Assembly (NCBI RefSeq): GCF_900232105.1
Contig: NZ_LT934425.1
Coordinates: forward strand, 3,990,001-4,022,000
Source: Candidatus Kuenenia stuttgartensis
Lineage (GTDB): Bacteria; Planctomycetota; Brocadiia; Brocadiales; Brocadiaceae
Direction of reading: 5' to 3'
Length of the DNA: 32,000 bases
Shown: one piece after another, positions 7,867 to 16,611 of the stretch
Numbering within the stretch: the first letter of the stretch is position 1
Layout: each line of letters opens with the position of its first letter
Notes under the pieces: generated by a model
The model's database searches: none
The model's input: the letters and a program-made list of their open reading frames with translations, nothing else
What the model was told of the DNA's origin: nothing
Translations under genes and position numbers: made by a program

Positions 7867-9372
7867 TCAAAAGACGTTTAGCCTTTTCTCCAGTCTTCTG
7901 GAGTAAAGAGAAAGCGGATAACTCATCCCAAAGTACAACAAAGCGGTAATAATCCCCAGTTGAAAGAATTTCATAGAAGATGCCGCAAGTATGCTATAAC
8001 TTTTAGTAAGCTCTACTAACGCAATTACCGAAACCAAAGAAGAATCTTTAAATAACGATATAAAATCGTTCGTAATCGGAGGCAATGTAATCCTCAATGC
8101 TTGAGGGAAAATAATCTTTTCAAATGTTAACCGCCCCGACATGCCCAATGAAAAGGCCGCCTCTGTTTGGCCTTTCGGGATTGCCTGTATGCCCGCTCGG
8201 TAAACTTCCGCTTCATACGCCGCATAATTCATCCCCAGCCCTAAAATGGCTGCGGCGAATGCCGACATGGTGATACCGATGTTGGGAAGCCCGTAATATA
8301 AAATGTAGAGTTGTATCAGGAGGGGTGTTCCGCGATATACTTCTATATATACGGTAGAAATTTTTTTAATCCATGTATTGCCGTACAAACGCATGACTGC
8401 CAATACAATTCCTAATGAAACGGCAAGCATCATAGATAAAACCGAAATGCCAATGGTAACTAACGCCCCTTTTAATAACGTTGGTACGAAGGTAGTTACT
8501 ATTAAAGGAATTCGCTCTTCAGGTGATGGCGGATTTTCAGCATATTTTTGCAATAATCCCTCATGCAAATAAAGTTTTTCCTGCGCCGCATTCCAGAGTC
8601 CCCATTTCCGGCATATTTTTTTTATTTCACCCGTCCTTAAAAGTTTTTCAATGACACGGTTTAGTTCTTCCACTAACGCAGCATCTTCTTTCCGTAAGGC
8701 AATGCCATAATATCCCTCCCCTACCGGTCCCCCTACCAATCTCAATTGGGGATTTGGCTTGGCGTAATAGGAAGCAACAGGTAAGTCCACAAAAACGGCA
8801 TCCAGGCGGTTATCCAGTAAATCCTTAAATGGTTCTACCTGTCCGCTGTATATCTTTATGGTCACGTCCCCCATTTTTTCAAGCATTTGTTTTGCAACGG
8901 TATTGTACAGTGTTCCTACCCGTTTACCGTGAAGATCTTCAAATGTATTGATTTTGAAGTCAGAGGCACGGACAACAATTTGTTCGCTAAAGACAAAATA
9001 TGGACGTGAGAATAGCACGGAGTGCTGTCGTTCGGGTGTAATTTCGATACCATTCAATGCAATATCGAAATCGCCGCGTTGGAGAGACATGAGGATGCTA
9101 TCCCATTCATTCTGAAAGTAATTTAGTTTTATCCCAAGTTCTTTTGCAATTGCTTCTGCAATTTCTACTTCAAAGCCGATATATTTTTTCGGATGCCTTT
9201 GATCTGGAAATACATAAGGAGCCCCCCCATCCGCATCAAAACCCCATGTTAATACGCCGGTCTGTCTGATCTTTTCCAGCGTATCCTGTCCGGCGCAAAC
9301 AGTATTGTACGGATGGAGTATTGCCAGAAGTAGAATTGATATAACCGAAAGTGTGAAAAAGTGTCGTTTCAT
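7867..9372 (-). CDS. Fused amino acid ABC transporter substrate-binding protein and permease
   Basis: 501 aa: signal peptide plus SBP_bac_3-type domain (QTGVLTWGFDADGGAPYVF...), then HisM/GlnP-like permease with EAAFSLGMSGRLTFEKIIFPQALRITLPPITNDFISLFKDSSLVSVI. Confidence 0.92.
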   Translation of the reverse strand: MKRHFFTLSVISILLLAILHPYNTVCAGQDTLEKIRQTGVLTWGFDADGGAPYVFPDQRHPKKYIGFEVEIAEAIAKELGIKLNYFQNEWDSILMSLQRGDFDIALNGIEITPERQHSVLFSRPYFVFSEQIVVRASDFKINTFEDLHGKRVGTLYNTVAKQMLEKMGDVTIKIYSGQVEPFKDLLDNRLDAVFVDLPVASYYAKPNPQLRLVGGPVGEGYYGIALRKEDAALVEELNRVIEKLLRTGEIKKICRKWGLWNAAQEKLYLHEGLLQKYAENPPSPEERIPLIVTTFVPTLLKGALVTIGISVLSMMLAVSLGIVLAVMRLYGNTWIKKISTVYIEVYRGTPLLIQLYILYYGLPNIGITMSAFAAAILGLGMNYAAYEAEVYRAGIQAIPKGQTEAAFSLGMSGRLTFEKIIFPQALRITLPPITNDFISLFKDSSLVSVIALVELTKSYSILAASSMKFFQLGIITALLYFGMSYPLSLYSRRLEKRLNVF

Positions 9373-9378
9373 AAATTT

Positions 9379-9945
9379 TTATATATTTTTTCCTATAGAA
9401 AATGCCTTGCCAAGGCAGCTTCCAATGCCGTAATATGCACGTGTTTCAGGGGCATATATCATAGGCCGGATCTTTTCAATATCAGGCACGCCGTCATTGT
9501 TTAAGGCTGATTCTTCCGCCTTAACATCCATAATCTCGCCGATAAATTGCGTGTGCAATCCTATTTCGAAGGTGTGAAGCAGTTTACACTCCAGAATAAC
9601 CGGAAATTCATTTATATACGGTGCGTCAACAAACTCTCCCTTGATGGGAGTAAGTCCGGCAGCAGAAAATTTATCCACATCCTTACCGGTAACAACGCCA
9701 AAATAGTCTGCCTGCTTTGCATATTTTTCAGACGGAATATTAATCGTATACGCCTGCCTTTCAACAATACAATTATACGAATATGTCGCTTTTCTCAGTG
9801 AGATGGCAACGCATGGCGGACTCGAACAGCATATGCCGCCCCATGCTACGTTCATTGCGTTTGGTTTGCCTTCTTTATCATAGGAACAAACAATAAATAC
9901 GGGGGTTGGGTATGCAATAGCTTTTGCGCCTAAGGATTTTTTCAT
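9379..9945 (-). CDS. Flavin reductase family / flavoredoxin-like protein
   Basis: 188 aa: [62 protein letters not shown]. Confidence 0.85.
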   Translation of the reverse strand: MKKSLGAKAIAYPTPVFIVCSYDKEGKPNAMNVAWGGICCSSPPCVAISLRKATYSYNCIVERQAYTINIPSEKYAKQADYFGVVTGKDVDKFSAAGLTPIKGEFVDAPYINEFPVILECKLLHTFEIGLHTQFIGEIMDVKAEESALNNDGVPDIEKIRPMIYAPETRAYYGIGSCLGKAFSIGKNI

Positions 9946-10025
9946 TATTACACCTTTCTATAATAACAAATAACAACCGAAGTATTTTTTCCAAAAAATC
10001 AAATTGTCACTATTTTTGTCGTAGT

Positions 10026-10098
10026 GTAGGGGCAAAGCACTTGCTGTGAATTGTCATAAATGCGTTCACACCCAAACGGGCAAATGCTTCTCCCCTAC
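10026..10098. repeat. Short palindromic repeat, copy B
   Basis: GTAGGGGCAAAGCACTTGCTG...CATAAATGCGTTCACACCCAAACGGGCAAATGCTTCTCCCCTAC; ends are mutually complementary, related to copy A. Confidence 0.7.
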
Positions 10099-10104
10099 TT
10101 TTTT

Positions 10105-11541
10105 TTATTTGTAGGTTGTATACCGGACGATATCATCTTCACCTACATAACTCCCAATCTGCACTTCTATAACTTTTGCAATTTTGTCCGTGGGATTGTG
10201 TATCCTATGTTTGGCATTCTGAGGAACAAAGACGCTTTCATTTTTCTGTATTTGCTTTTTTGTATTGCCTATATATATATCAATTTTCCCCTCAACAACA
10301 TTCCAATGTTCGCTCCTGTATTTATGTTTTTGCAATGAAAGAGTTTTTTGGGGATACACACCGATTTCTTTTACCTTGTAATTGTCTTGCTCATGCAACA
10401 CCGTATAGTACCCCCACGGCCTGTACACTGTGCTGCCGGTCTTTGTGTGTTGTAGTCCTTTTTTATTTATCGCCGATACGAGTTCTTTTACATTATCCGA
10501 ACAACCCCTTTTAACGATCAATAAAGAATCCGCAGCATCAATCGCCATTACATCATTCACACCTAAAAAACAAACAAGCCTGTTGTCCGAATACGCAAAG
10601 CAATTCTTTGAATCAAAAAATTCAGCATCTCCAATGGTAAAATTTCCCTTTCCATTGGTATAAAACTGTAAATAACTATCCCAGCTTCCCAAATCCGACC
10701 ATTTAAGATTAAATTTGATCAATGCCGCATTTTTTGTTTTTTGCATAATCCCGTAATCAATAGAATCTGCCACTATGTTTTCAAAATTCCTGCAAAATTC
10801 ATCATACGTATATTGATAATATTTGTAGCTTGACGGTGAACATGCTGCGAGTTCTCCCAGGAATGTTTTTTTATTAAAACAAAATATCCCGGAATTCCAC
10901 AACCCCCCTTTTTTTATAAGTAATTTGGCTTTTTGAATCGAAGGCTTTTCTACAAATGTATCCACCAAATACCCTGCACCGAACTTTCTTTTCAGGAGAA
11001 TATATCCGTATCCTTCCTTGGGGAATGTCGGTTTCACCCCAAATACAATAATTTTATCCTGTTCTGTGAGTGTTTCCGCCTGCCGTATGCATTTTTCAAA
11101 ATCGTTCACCGGTTCAATTATATGATCGGACGGCAATACACATATGAGTTCGTTCTCATTTAAAATAGTTCTACTCTCAATATATTTTAACGAGAGCATT
11201 ATGGCTGGGAGGGTGTTTTTGGGAACAGGTTCTAAAATAATATTTTCCTTTAACAAATTCTTGATTGCATTTTTTACTCCAGGCAATAATTGAATCTGAT
11301 TCAAAACGGTAAACTTATAACTTTCATGAGAAACGATAAAAATGTCTTTTGGGGAAAAACATGGCAAAAGCCTTTCTATCGTTAACTGAAACAAAGACAA
11401 TCCATCCTTAAATTCAACAAATTGTTTCGGGTGGTCTTCTCTGGATAAGGGCCATAGTCTGGTTCCTTTTCCCCCAGCCAGAATGATTGCCTTTCCGTTT
11501 ATTTTATCTGTGACAATAACAGTCTTTGTTTTTTTGTTCAT
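10105..11541 (-). CDS. manC: Mannose-1-phosphate guanylyltransferase / mannose-6-phosphate isomerase (bifunctional, ManC/AlgA type)
   Basis: 478 aa: AIILAGGKGTRLWPLSREDHPKQFV, VFGVKPTFPKEGYGYI, C-terminal RPWGYYTVLHEQDNYKVKEIGVYPQKTLSLQKHKYRSEHWNVVEG. Confidence 0.93.
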   Translation of the reverse strand: MNKKTKTVIVTDKINGKAIILAGGKGTRLWPLSREDHPKQFVEFKDGLSLFQLTIERLLPCFSPKDIFIVSHESYKFTVLNQIQLLPGVKNAIKNLLKENIILEPVPKNTLPAIMLSLKYIESRTILNENELICVLPSDHIIEPVNDFEKCIRQAETLTEQDKIIVFGVKPTFPKEGYGYILLKRKFGAGYLVDTFVEKPSIQKAKLLIKKGGLWNSGIFCFNKKTFLGELAACSPSSYKYYQYTYDEFCRNFENIVADSIDYGIMQKTKNAALIKFNLKWSDLGSWDSYLQFYTNGKGNFTIGDAEFFDSKNCFAYSDNRLVCFLGVNDVMAIDAADSLLIVKRGCSDNVKELVSAINKKGLQHTKTGSTVYRPWGYYTVLHEQDNYKVKEIGVYPQKTLSLQKHKYRSEHWNVVEGKIDIYIGNTKKQIQKNESVFVPQNAKHRIHNPTDKIAKVIEVQIGSYVGEDDIVRYTTYK

Positions 11542-11577
11542 CTTATCGTTATTTCTAAAAAAATCCTGACTACTGTA

Positions 11578-13275
11578 TTATTTATATTTTACCATAGGTA
11601 AGTTGGCATATACTCTTAATACGGCATCTGCGAGTTTGTCCGGATCATGGCGAAGCAGATCCTGTTTTTCCCAGAGGATACGTTTTTTATCAAAATCTTC
11701 TACCAAATCCGCTTTTTTTATATTTATGTTTAATCCGTGCACACCATTGTCAAATTCCGCCAATTCAGCCCCTTCTTTTTTGTACCGGTCAAGAATCTCT
11801 TTTTTGGGAATTTTGTCATTAACAATCACATAATCAACCATGCCATCAACAAGATATTTATTAATTGCCTGAATATGATCCGATACTTTATATTTATCCG
11901 TTTGCCCTGGTTGTGTAACGATATTACAGACATAAATTTTTACTGCATTGCTGTTACAAATAGCGGTGCGTATTCCGGTCACCAGCAAATTTGTTATAAG
12001 GCTTGTGTACAAACTGCCTGGGCCGATAACAATAATGTCCGCGTTGAGAATTTCTTCCACGGCTTCCGGCAATGGTTCGACATTTTCATTTTTTAAAAAC
12101 ACCCTTTTAATAGGAGACTTTCCCACGGCACGGACATTAAACTCTTCTTCTACATAAGCCCCATCTTCCAATTCTGCGCATATGTGTGTATCATTAAGCG
12201 TTGATGGTAGCACTTTTCCCCTAATATTTAAAATCTTGCTGGCCTTTTTTATCGCCAGGTCGAAGCTGCCGGTAAGGTCAGTTAAAGCGGCCATTAATAA
12301 ATTTCCCAGACTCATGCCATTTAACGAACCCTTGTTGAATCTGTATTGAAAAAGCTGGTATAATTCCTGTTCCTGTTCTTCAGTTTCCGACAAAGCTATG
12401 AGGCAATTTCTTGCGTCGCCCGGGGGGAGAATTCCAAACTCTTCCCTTAAAATCCCGGAGCTTCTTCCTGAATCAGTAACGGTAACCATCGCCGAGAGGT
12501 GTTTGCTGTACGTCTTAGCGCCTTCAAGCATAATCGGCAGACCGGTTCCGCCGCCAATTGCGACAATCTTGAGATTATCAGGGGTCTTACCGCTATTGTA
12601 AAGTTGAAGAATCGTAGGAATCTGAAAGATGCGTTTTATTTTATAGTCCGGTTTATCGCATTCGTGTATTGGTTGTTCCAGTTTAAATCTTCCATGTAAC
12701 ATCTGTATCGTAATCAATCCGAGGGACTTTGCAGCCCTTAATTCATTCCGCGTCCTGTCGCCCACCATAACCGCTTCGTTTGGATTTAAATTATGTCTTT
12801 TGAGACAATCAAGTATGCAGTCTTCCATAAGCATACCAATTTCCTGGTCATTAATGATAATTTCACTAAAACACGATTTCAAACCAAGTATTTTGACCTT
12901 GTTTTCCTGCCTTTCATGCACCCCCACGGTAAGTAAAAACAGTTTGAATCCTCTTTTCTTTAAATCTCTGAGGGTGGGTATTACATCGGAAAAGGGGACG
13001 ATCCCGGAAAGCTCGCTGCTATTGTATGCACGATACGCAATATTGATAAATTTTTTGTTTGCGCGAAATTTTTTTACAATTTCGTTAAACACGGGATGGT
13101 AAGGGCCATGCCTGGCGATAAGTTCCTTTTGTAATTGATATGCGTTCTCTTCCGTAGTGGGAAGTCCTGCCTCAACCATTGCTTTTGCTGCCCGTCTCCT
13201 GGAAGCGTCAATCAACAGATTTGTACAGTCGTACAAAGTATCGTCTAAATCAAAAAATATCGCCTTTATTTTCAT
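11578..13275 (-). CDS. HAD-superfamily hydrolase fused to YvcK/CofD-like protein
   Basis: N-terminus FFDLDDTLYDCT...MVGDRTRNELRAAKSLG (HAD); C-terminus IVAIGGGTGLPIMLEGAK...VTVTDSGRSSGILREEFGILPPGDARNCLIAL...GSLYTSLITNLLV (YvcK). Confidence 0.9.
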   Translation of the reverse strand: MKIKAIFFDLDDTLYDCTNLLIDASRRRAAKAMVEAGLPTTEENAYQLQKELIARHGPYHPVFNEIVKKFRANKKFINIAYRAYNSSELSGIVPFSDVIPTLRDLKKRGFKLFLLTVGVHERQENKVKILGLKSCFSEIIINDQEIGMLMEDCILDCLKRHNLNPNEAVMVGDRTRNELRAAKSLGLITIQMLHGRFKLEQPIHECDKPDYKIKRIFQIPTILQLYNSGKTPDNLKIVAIGGGTGLPIMLEGAKTYSKHLSAMVTVTDSGRSSGILREEFGILPPGDARNCLIALSETEEQEQELYQLFQYRFNKGSLNGMSLGNLLMAALTDLTGSFDLAIKKASKILNIRGKVLPSTLNDTHICAELEDGAYVEEEFNVRAVGKSPIKRVFLKNENVEPLPEAVEEILNADIIVIGPGSLYTSLITNLLVTGIRTAICNSNAVKIYVCNIVTQPGQTDKYKVSDHIQAINKYLVDGMVDYVIVNDKIPKKEILDRYKKEGAELAEFDNGVHGLNINIKKADLVEDFDKKRILWEKQDLLRHDPDKLADAVLRVYANLPMVKYK

Positions 13276-13400
13276 ACAATATCCTTCCTCATGAATATCT
13301 ATTATAACGAAGTGTTCCTGTTATTTATAGTACTTAGTTTTTAATAAAAGAGTTACATCAGGTGCCTTTGGCAGCACTATATTCTGTTATTGATGTTAAT

Positions 13401-13427
13401 GTAGAGACGCATCGCATGCGTCTCTAC
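13401..13427. repeat. Perfect 12-bp inverted repeat with 3-nt loop
   Basis: GTAGAGACGCAT-CGC-ATGCGTCTCTAC between nfi and the HAD-YvcK gene. Confidence 0.85.
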
Positions 13428-13443
13428 AAAAATATTGAATTTC

Positions 13444-14154
13444 CTATGTAATTGAAGAGATTCTTTGAGTTTTTTTTATGTTTTGAACGCGTAGTTTATT
13501 TACCAACAAATGTGCTTGCCGAACCGGTTCAGTAATGCGATACCCCCTGCATACCTTTAAAACAAACTGCGTTGCAAAAGAAAGGCTTGTCTTGTGCCCG
13601 ACAGAAACAAAAATAGGATTTGTATTTAATTTTGTTCTCAATGCGACTCCTACCATTTTATCTTTATAAATGAGGTTGGAGTATGCGCCTACTGCATTTT
13701 CAACAGCAGAATACTCACCTACCAGACAGCTTTTTGCGCAACCAATGGCCGGTTTGTCTAAGATAAGGCCTAAATGCGATGCAAGACCTAAAAACCGGGG
13801 ATGCGCTATTCCTTGTCCATCAAAAAGAATTATATCTGGTGCTGTTTTTAATTTCTTAAATGATTTAAGAAGTACGGGTGCTTCTCTAAATGACAAAAGG
13901 CCGGGTATATATGGAAACATGGCCTTTTCAATAGCAGTTGCTTCTTCAATCTTTTCAAGATTTTTATTACACCTAAAGACAATTACTGCAGCAAATACAA
14001 GATCGCTATATTTATCGTATGAAACATCGGCGCCCGCTACCGTGCATATTTTACCGTGATCTTTTTTTAAAATTAATGCATTGCTCAATTCTCTCTGGAT
14101 TTGAACAGCTTTCGCATAATTTTTCGTCCACGGATGTATTTTTCTTATATGCAT
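13444..14154 (-). CDS. nfi: Endonuclease V
   Basis: VAGADVSYDK, FPYIPGLLSFREAP, ILFDGQGIAHPRFLGLASHLGL, AIGCAKSCLVG; likely start at MHIRKIHPW (14154), not the longer ORF start. Confidence 0.92.
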   Translation of the reverse strand: MHIRKIHPWTKNYAKAVQIQRELSNALILKKDHGKICTVAGADVSYDKYSDLVFAAVIVFRCNKNLEKIEEATAIEKAMFPYIPGLLSFREAPVLLKSFKKLKTAPDIILFDGQGIAHPRFLGLASHLGLILDKPAIGCAKSCLVGEYSAVENAVGAYSNLIYKDKMVGVALRTKLNTNPIFVSVGHKTSLSFATQFVLKVCRGYRITEPVRQAHLLVNKLRVQNIKKTQRISSIT

Positions 14155-14991
14155 TAAAAAGCTGGATTTTGATCGCCACCGAAGTGCGGAGTTAAAGGAT
14201 GTGAAATTTGTTCCCGACGCCAATCGGGAATTTGTGTCGTACTCATAAAAGTTGAAGCTTTTTTCAAAAAACTACCGTACTACAAAACATTGGTATCAAT
14301 TACAATTCTCATAATGCGGTATTATATACAACAACATAAGTTTTGCAAGAATTTTAAGACATAACTGCTCGAATTCAGAGGTGGATGTGGGGCGTGATGA
14401 ATGCTAATGAATATAAGAAGGGCGAACAAATCGTTCCGGCGGACAGTAAACAACCTCCGGGCGGGATGGCTTCGGACAATAGAGGCGTTTTCAGGTGAAA
14501 AGCCTAAGGTAAAACAACTGGCATTGTTTTCGGATTACCGTGACGAATTGTCCATAATAACCTGAGAGACCCTCCAGATACGGCTAGACAAAATGAATTG
14601 TGCCGTACAAGTGAATGGAGCGCGTACTGGTTGGGATTGTATTTGTGGGATTCCTGGAGCCGGACACATTTTGGAAACAGCGTTTGCCATCAAGTCGTAA
14701 TGGGACAAGCAGACTGAATATTCTGCTTTGTCTAAGTAACGTCTGGCAGTGTATTGCGCAAAAAGAAATATCCCACAGTACCAGAAAACAACGACCCTGC
14801 TATTATACCAAGGAGTTCATCGAACATCCGGCTGCGGATTTTTTCCCGCAAAGATTTGTAGCCGGTTTAAACAAAATCATTCAAGGCTCCTTTAATTATC
14901 AATAAAAAATTATCTGCGCAGTTGTATAAAGGCGACCGTCTGTTTATTCAAAAGGAAGCACCCTTCCCCCCTTATAGCAAAAGTAGAGAGG

Positions 14992-15002
14992 GGGCGGAGG
15001 GT
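14992..15002 (+). repeat. Target-site duplication (left) GGGCGGAGGGT
   Basis: Identical 11-mer directly outside both terminal repeats of the IS4-like element. Confidence 0.9.
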
Positions 15003-16386
15003 CATAAGCGCTAACTTGTTTTATTGACAAATTTTATTCATCATGGTATTTTTATGTTAATTATCCCGCTAATCACTCTATAGGAGGATAAAGCCATGAT
15101 GAGAGAAGATTGGGATCTTCTAAGAACTTTCTTCCCAAACGATTGGAAAAGTTTAGCCGTTGATACAAATGCTTTAAAAGGCTTGCGCAAGGATAAATCT
15201 GAAGAAAAGCTTCTTCGAACATTATTAATTCATTTAGGATGTGGCTATTCATTGCGTGAAACAGTAGTTCGAGCCAAGCGTGCTAACTTAGCAGATTTAT
15301 CCGATGTTGCCTTATTAAAGCGATTAAAAAAGAGCAAAGAATGGCTATATAAATTATGTTTATCTTTATTCCGTGAGCGTGGCCTCCAAATTAATAAACG
15401 GAATAATTTTCATCTTCGCTTATTTGATGCAACAACAGTAAAGGAACCTGGGAAAACAGGAAGTCTTTGGCGCATTCATTATAGTATTGAGGTTCCTTCA
15501 TTATCTTGCGATTTCTTTAAACTTACGGGAACTGAAGGAGAAGGCACAGGAGAATCTTTTCGGCAGTTTCCGATGAAAAAAGATGATTATATTATAGCTG
15601 ACAGAGGTTACTGTACTGGCCAAGGAATTCATCATGCAACAAGGAAAGGCGCTTATCTTAGCGTTAGAGTTAATTCGCAATCTCTACGGATATTCGGCGA
15701 AGAAAAGAAACCCTTTCCTTTATTGAAAGAAATCCAATATTTAAAAAGACCCCTTGCTATAAAATCATGGAACGTTTTTATTCCAAACGTTGATAATACT
15801 GAATATGTCAAAGGTCGTCTTTGTATAATACGCAAAACAGAAGAAGCCATTAAAATAGCTCATAAAAAACTTAAAAGACATGCAAGCAAAAAGGGCATTG
15901 AACTAAAACCGGAGACCCTTATTTATGCCAAGTACGTAATAGTATTCACAACGTTTCCTGAAAATCAATTTACCGCTTTTGATATCTTAGAATGGTATCG
16001 AGTTCGATGGCAAATTGAACTGGTCTTTAAAAGATTTAAACAAATAGCACAATTTGGACACTTACCTAAATACGATGATGATAGCTCAAAAGCTTGGCTT
16101 TATGGCAAACTATTCGTTGCTCTTTTGACAGAAAAACTAATAGATTTTGCTACGTCTTTTTCCCCCTGGGGATACTTCATTGTCAAGCAAGAAGACTAAA
16201 AGCAAATGGCGTGAATTTGCTTTTATGCTTAATCAAGTAAAACGGGCTATAGAACCAGCGTTATCATTACAGGAAGTTCTTAAGTGCTGGAATGACATTG
16301 CTTGTTCTTTAGCAGAAAATACAAGAATCCGAAAAACACAGATATCAAAATACTTCGAGCATACCTAAAACAAGTTAGCGCTTATG
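15003..16386 (+). mobile_element. IS4-like insertion sequence, 1384 bp
   Basis: Perfect 21-bp terminal inverted repeats: CATAAGCGCTAACTTGTTTTA (15003-15023) and TAAAACAAGTTAGCGCTTATG (16366-16386), flanked by an 11-bp direct repeat. Confidence 0.95.
15096..16368 (+). pseudogene. IS4-family transposase with a frameshift near its C-terminus
   Basis: ORF 15096..16199 (YREK-like region IEWYRVRWQIELVFKRFKQ) ends in an alternative frame; the C-terminus continues as LSSKKTKSKWREFAFMLNQVKRAIEPALSLQEVLKCWNDIA... in ORF 16147..16368. Junction around 16150-16170 in TTTTTCCCCCTGGGG. Confidence 0.85.
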
Positions 16387-16397
16387 GGGCGGAGGGT
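16387..16397 (+). repeat. Target-site duplication (right) GGGCGGAGGGT
   Basis: Matches 14992-15002. Confidence 0.9.
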
Positions 16398-16476
16398 ACT
16401 ACTTAAAACATTTGCATACTCAAGAGACTCACGATGTTTGATTTATAGACAATGTCATACAGGTTCAACACGAACA

Positions 16477-16549
16477 CGGCCCTTCGGGGTTAGAAATAAA
16501 GATAAAGTGAAACTTTCACTCTTGCTTTCTATTTATCCCCAAAAGGCCG
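16477..16549. repeat. Long imperfect inverted repeat downstream of amt
   Basis: CGGCCCTTCGGGGTTAGAAATAAAGATAAAGTGAAA pairs imperfectly with CTTTCACTCTTGCTTTCTATTTATCCCCAAAAGGCCG. Confidence 0.75.
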
Positions 16550-16611
16550 TACCTCCCTGGTATCAATTTAAAATTCACATTTAATGGGCACCCTGTTTTG
16601 CAATATAATTG

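Noticed and set aside
14155-14223. N-terminal extension of the endonuclease V ORF
   Set aside because: The conserved protein begins at MHIRKIHPW; the extra residues have no family support.
14615-14905. 96-aa ORF in the unexplained segment
   Set aside because: No conserved motifs, no clear start or ribosome-binding site.
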